A stretch of 64,000 bases of DNA. Origin: Octopus sinensis (lineage: Eukaryota). The notes beneath the pieces were generated by a model that was given only the letters and a program-made list of their open reading frames with translations, had not been told where the DNA came from and made no database searches. The stretch is from positions 145,452,001 through 145,516,000 of the forward strand of contig NC_043000.1 in NCBI RefSeq assembly GCF_006345805.1, in the 5' to 3' direction. Numbering within the stretch: position 1 is the first letter of the stretch; every line of letters starts with the position of its first letter. Positions 61,948-64,000 of the stretch are shown one piece after another. The position numbers were made by a program, and so were the translations under genes.

Positions 61948-62358
61948 AATAAAACATATGCATATATATATATACATATATGTACGTACCTACCTCTACA
62001 TGTATATATACACACATATATGGGTACATGCCACCAAAAAAACGTCGAACACGATGAGAAATGAAAAACATAAACACAAAACCAAGGAACTGGACATTTT
62101 TCTTAAACAACAAAAAAATAGAGTACAGGACAAATAACACAAGGAAAAATCCCCTTCTTCAGTCGCCATGGTTTCATCTACTCTGCGTTTCGAAGGTGAA
62201 GGCGATACGCATCTTCGATAGAAACTTTCCTTCCTGCGAAAAGCAAATCAAATAAAATTTGAGATCTTTTTGCAGAGGGGTAAACATGGTAACAAAAACA
62301 GGACAGTAACAACAGTACAAAATATAAACAGTAAAATACAAGACAAGGAGAATAACAA
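61944..62358 (-). repeat. Repeat X, copy 2 (hammerhead-bearing; abuts (TA)n)
   Basis: Alignable with 32945-33355. Confidence 0.88.
62150..62211 (-). ncRNA. Candidate non-circularly permuted hammerhead ribozyme, copy 2
   Basis: Minus strand: UGCGU-A-UCGCCUU-CACCUUC-GAA-ACGCA-...-AUGGCGA-CUGAAGA-AGGGG. Confidence 0.65.
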
Positions 62359-62774
62359 GACAATGTTCTCTCTCTTTCTCTTTCTCTCTCTCTCTATATA
62401 TATATATACAAACATATATGTGTGTGTGTGTGTGAGTATGTGTGTGTGTGTATGTATTCCTGATGTATAATTAAGCTTATTTCTCAATTAGTCTTATTAT
62501 TTCGTATATAATAACTAGTATGTAATACGTCTACTGCTATACGAACTACATAGTTATGTTTATAAGCGTATAAAATAACTAGTATATACTACCTCTACTT
62601 ATATACGAACTATATAGTTATGCCTATCTTCCCCGTATATGTAGGTATATCTTTTTATCCTGGTTTATCATTAACTTCTCTATTTTCTTTCGATTGCTTT
62701 TATTTTGATTTATTTTATATTATATCTGTATAATATTTTATATAGTACTACAATATTACTCCATTCATGAAAAT

Positions 62775-62990
62775 AAGCCCCAAAATACACTCACTTGTAA
62801 CTGACATCCTGGGTCTATCTGCCCTCTACAAACCAATTGTAGAAGACTTAATGTAATTTATAAATGCACCTTCCTCAACACATTACACAGCTGTATATAG
62901 AGAGATTTAACCATAAATTTTAAACAGCAATATGCCGCTTATCTCAATTCTTTAAGCTACAAGAAACAGTAAATCTAAATACCACTTAAA
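62775..62990 (+). pseudogene. PLE-5: decayed GIY-YIG fragment
   Basis: CN*HPGSICPLQTNCRRLNVIYKCT..NFKQQY (CNC..CPL..C + VIY motif). Confidence 0.68.
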
Positions 62991-63274
62991 TAACTACACA
63001 GCATATATCCACAACAGCCCTTAGGTGATCCCCAGCAACCCTGCTTAACTTTCCTTTATCTAAATTTTAAATTTTTGTCTTTAGTTCTTTAACTCTCAAA
63101 TCTTACTTTAAGGATCTCAATCATTTAATGCTACATGTTTGGACATGCAAGTGGATACATGCGTGTGTAGATGTCTGTGCATGTATATTTGTGTATGTAT
63201 GTATATGTTTGTGAGTATATATATATATATGTATATATATATATAATATATATATATATATGTATGTATATATA

Positions 63275-63308
<34 letters not shown>

Positions 63309-63449
63309 GCGTATGTGTGTATGCATATGTATGTGCAAATGTATATACCAATGAGTGTGTGCATATATATATGCATATGTATGTATATGTATGCATATGC
63401 GCACGTGTATATATGTATGTTTGTGCACACGTACGTATGTCATTATACC

Positions 63450-63681
63450 CATTTCTTTATTACCCTCAAGGGGCTAAACACACAGGGGACAAACAAGGAC
63501 AGACATAGGAATTAAGTCGATTACATCGACCCTAGTGCGTAACTGCTACTTAATTTATCGACCCCGAAAGGATGAAAGGCAAAGCCGACCTCGGTGGGAT
63601 TTGAACTCACAACGTAACGACAGACGAAATACTGCTACGCATTTCGCCCGGCGTACTAACGTTTCTGTCAGCTCGCCGCTG
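63450..63681 (-). mobile_element. SINE-B, full length, with 21-bp TSD
   Basis: TSD ACGTACGTATG(T/C)CATTATACC at 63429-63449 and 63682-63702. Confidence 0.92.
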
Positions 63682-63889
63682 ACGTACGTATGCCATTATA
63701 CCATCTTTCCTCCTCTCTCATTCCTAGCTAACTCAGCAACCTATTCAATCACATATGTCTATAGAAATTTGGCATCCTTGTATTCTTCCCTCCACTTCAA
63801 ATTTTACTATTAAAACTACTACTCCCTTTGGTATCACGCTACCCATAACTTTTAGCTACCCATAACTTTTAGCTACCCATCCCTTAATG

Positions 63890-64000
63890 ATTGTCATAAC
63901 TGTCAGACAATTTCTGCGACCACATTACCCGTAACATCTGGCCACCTACCTCCCCAGACTGCAACCCACTTGATTTTTATGTGTAGGGTGCAGTTGAGCG
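63890..64000 (+). pseudogene. Tc1/mariner transposase remnant running off the window end
   Basis: DNFCDHITRNIWPPTSPDCNPLDFYV*GAVE (WPxxSPDxNPLD motif with in-frame stop). Confidence 0.82.

Overview
This is repeat-saturated, very AT-rich eukaryotic DNA. The SINE families and (TA)n/(GATA)n/(CA)n load look like an octopus (cephalopod) genome; that assignment is pattern recognition, not a search. I could not identify any host protein-coding exon with confidence, and most ORF-track entries are microsatellite or antisense artefacts. The interpretable content is mobile DNA. It comprises five Penelope-like (PLE; RT + GIY-YIG) ORF fragments plus ORF-less PLE-like terminal relics; a near full-length R4/Dong-clade retrotransposon (RT + CCHC + restriction-like endonuclease) ending in (TAA)n, with a decayed second copy; a CR1/L2-type LINE with APE + RT and a CCCH finger in its ORF1 remnant; two Tc1/mariner remnants; a pogo-like MITE; and over 20 tRNA-derived SINEs. 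The SINE family labels A-D are mine. Several hammerhead ribozyme (HHR) motifs are readable in the PLE-type termini. The most striking signal is a ~410-bp repeat at ~33 kb and ~62 kb. Its minus strand carries all three hammerhead core strands in a non-circularly permuted (pseudoknotted) order, with two compensatory base-pair changes in stem III between the copies. Repeat boundaries were read by eye and are approximate.
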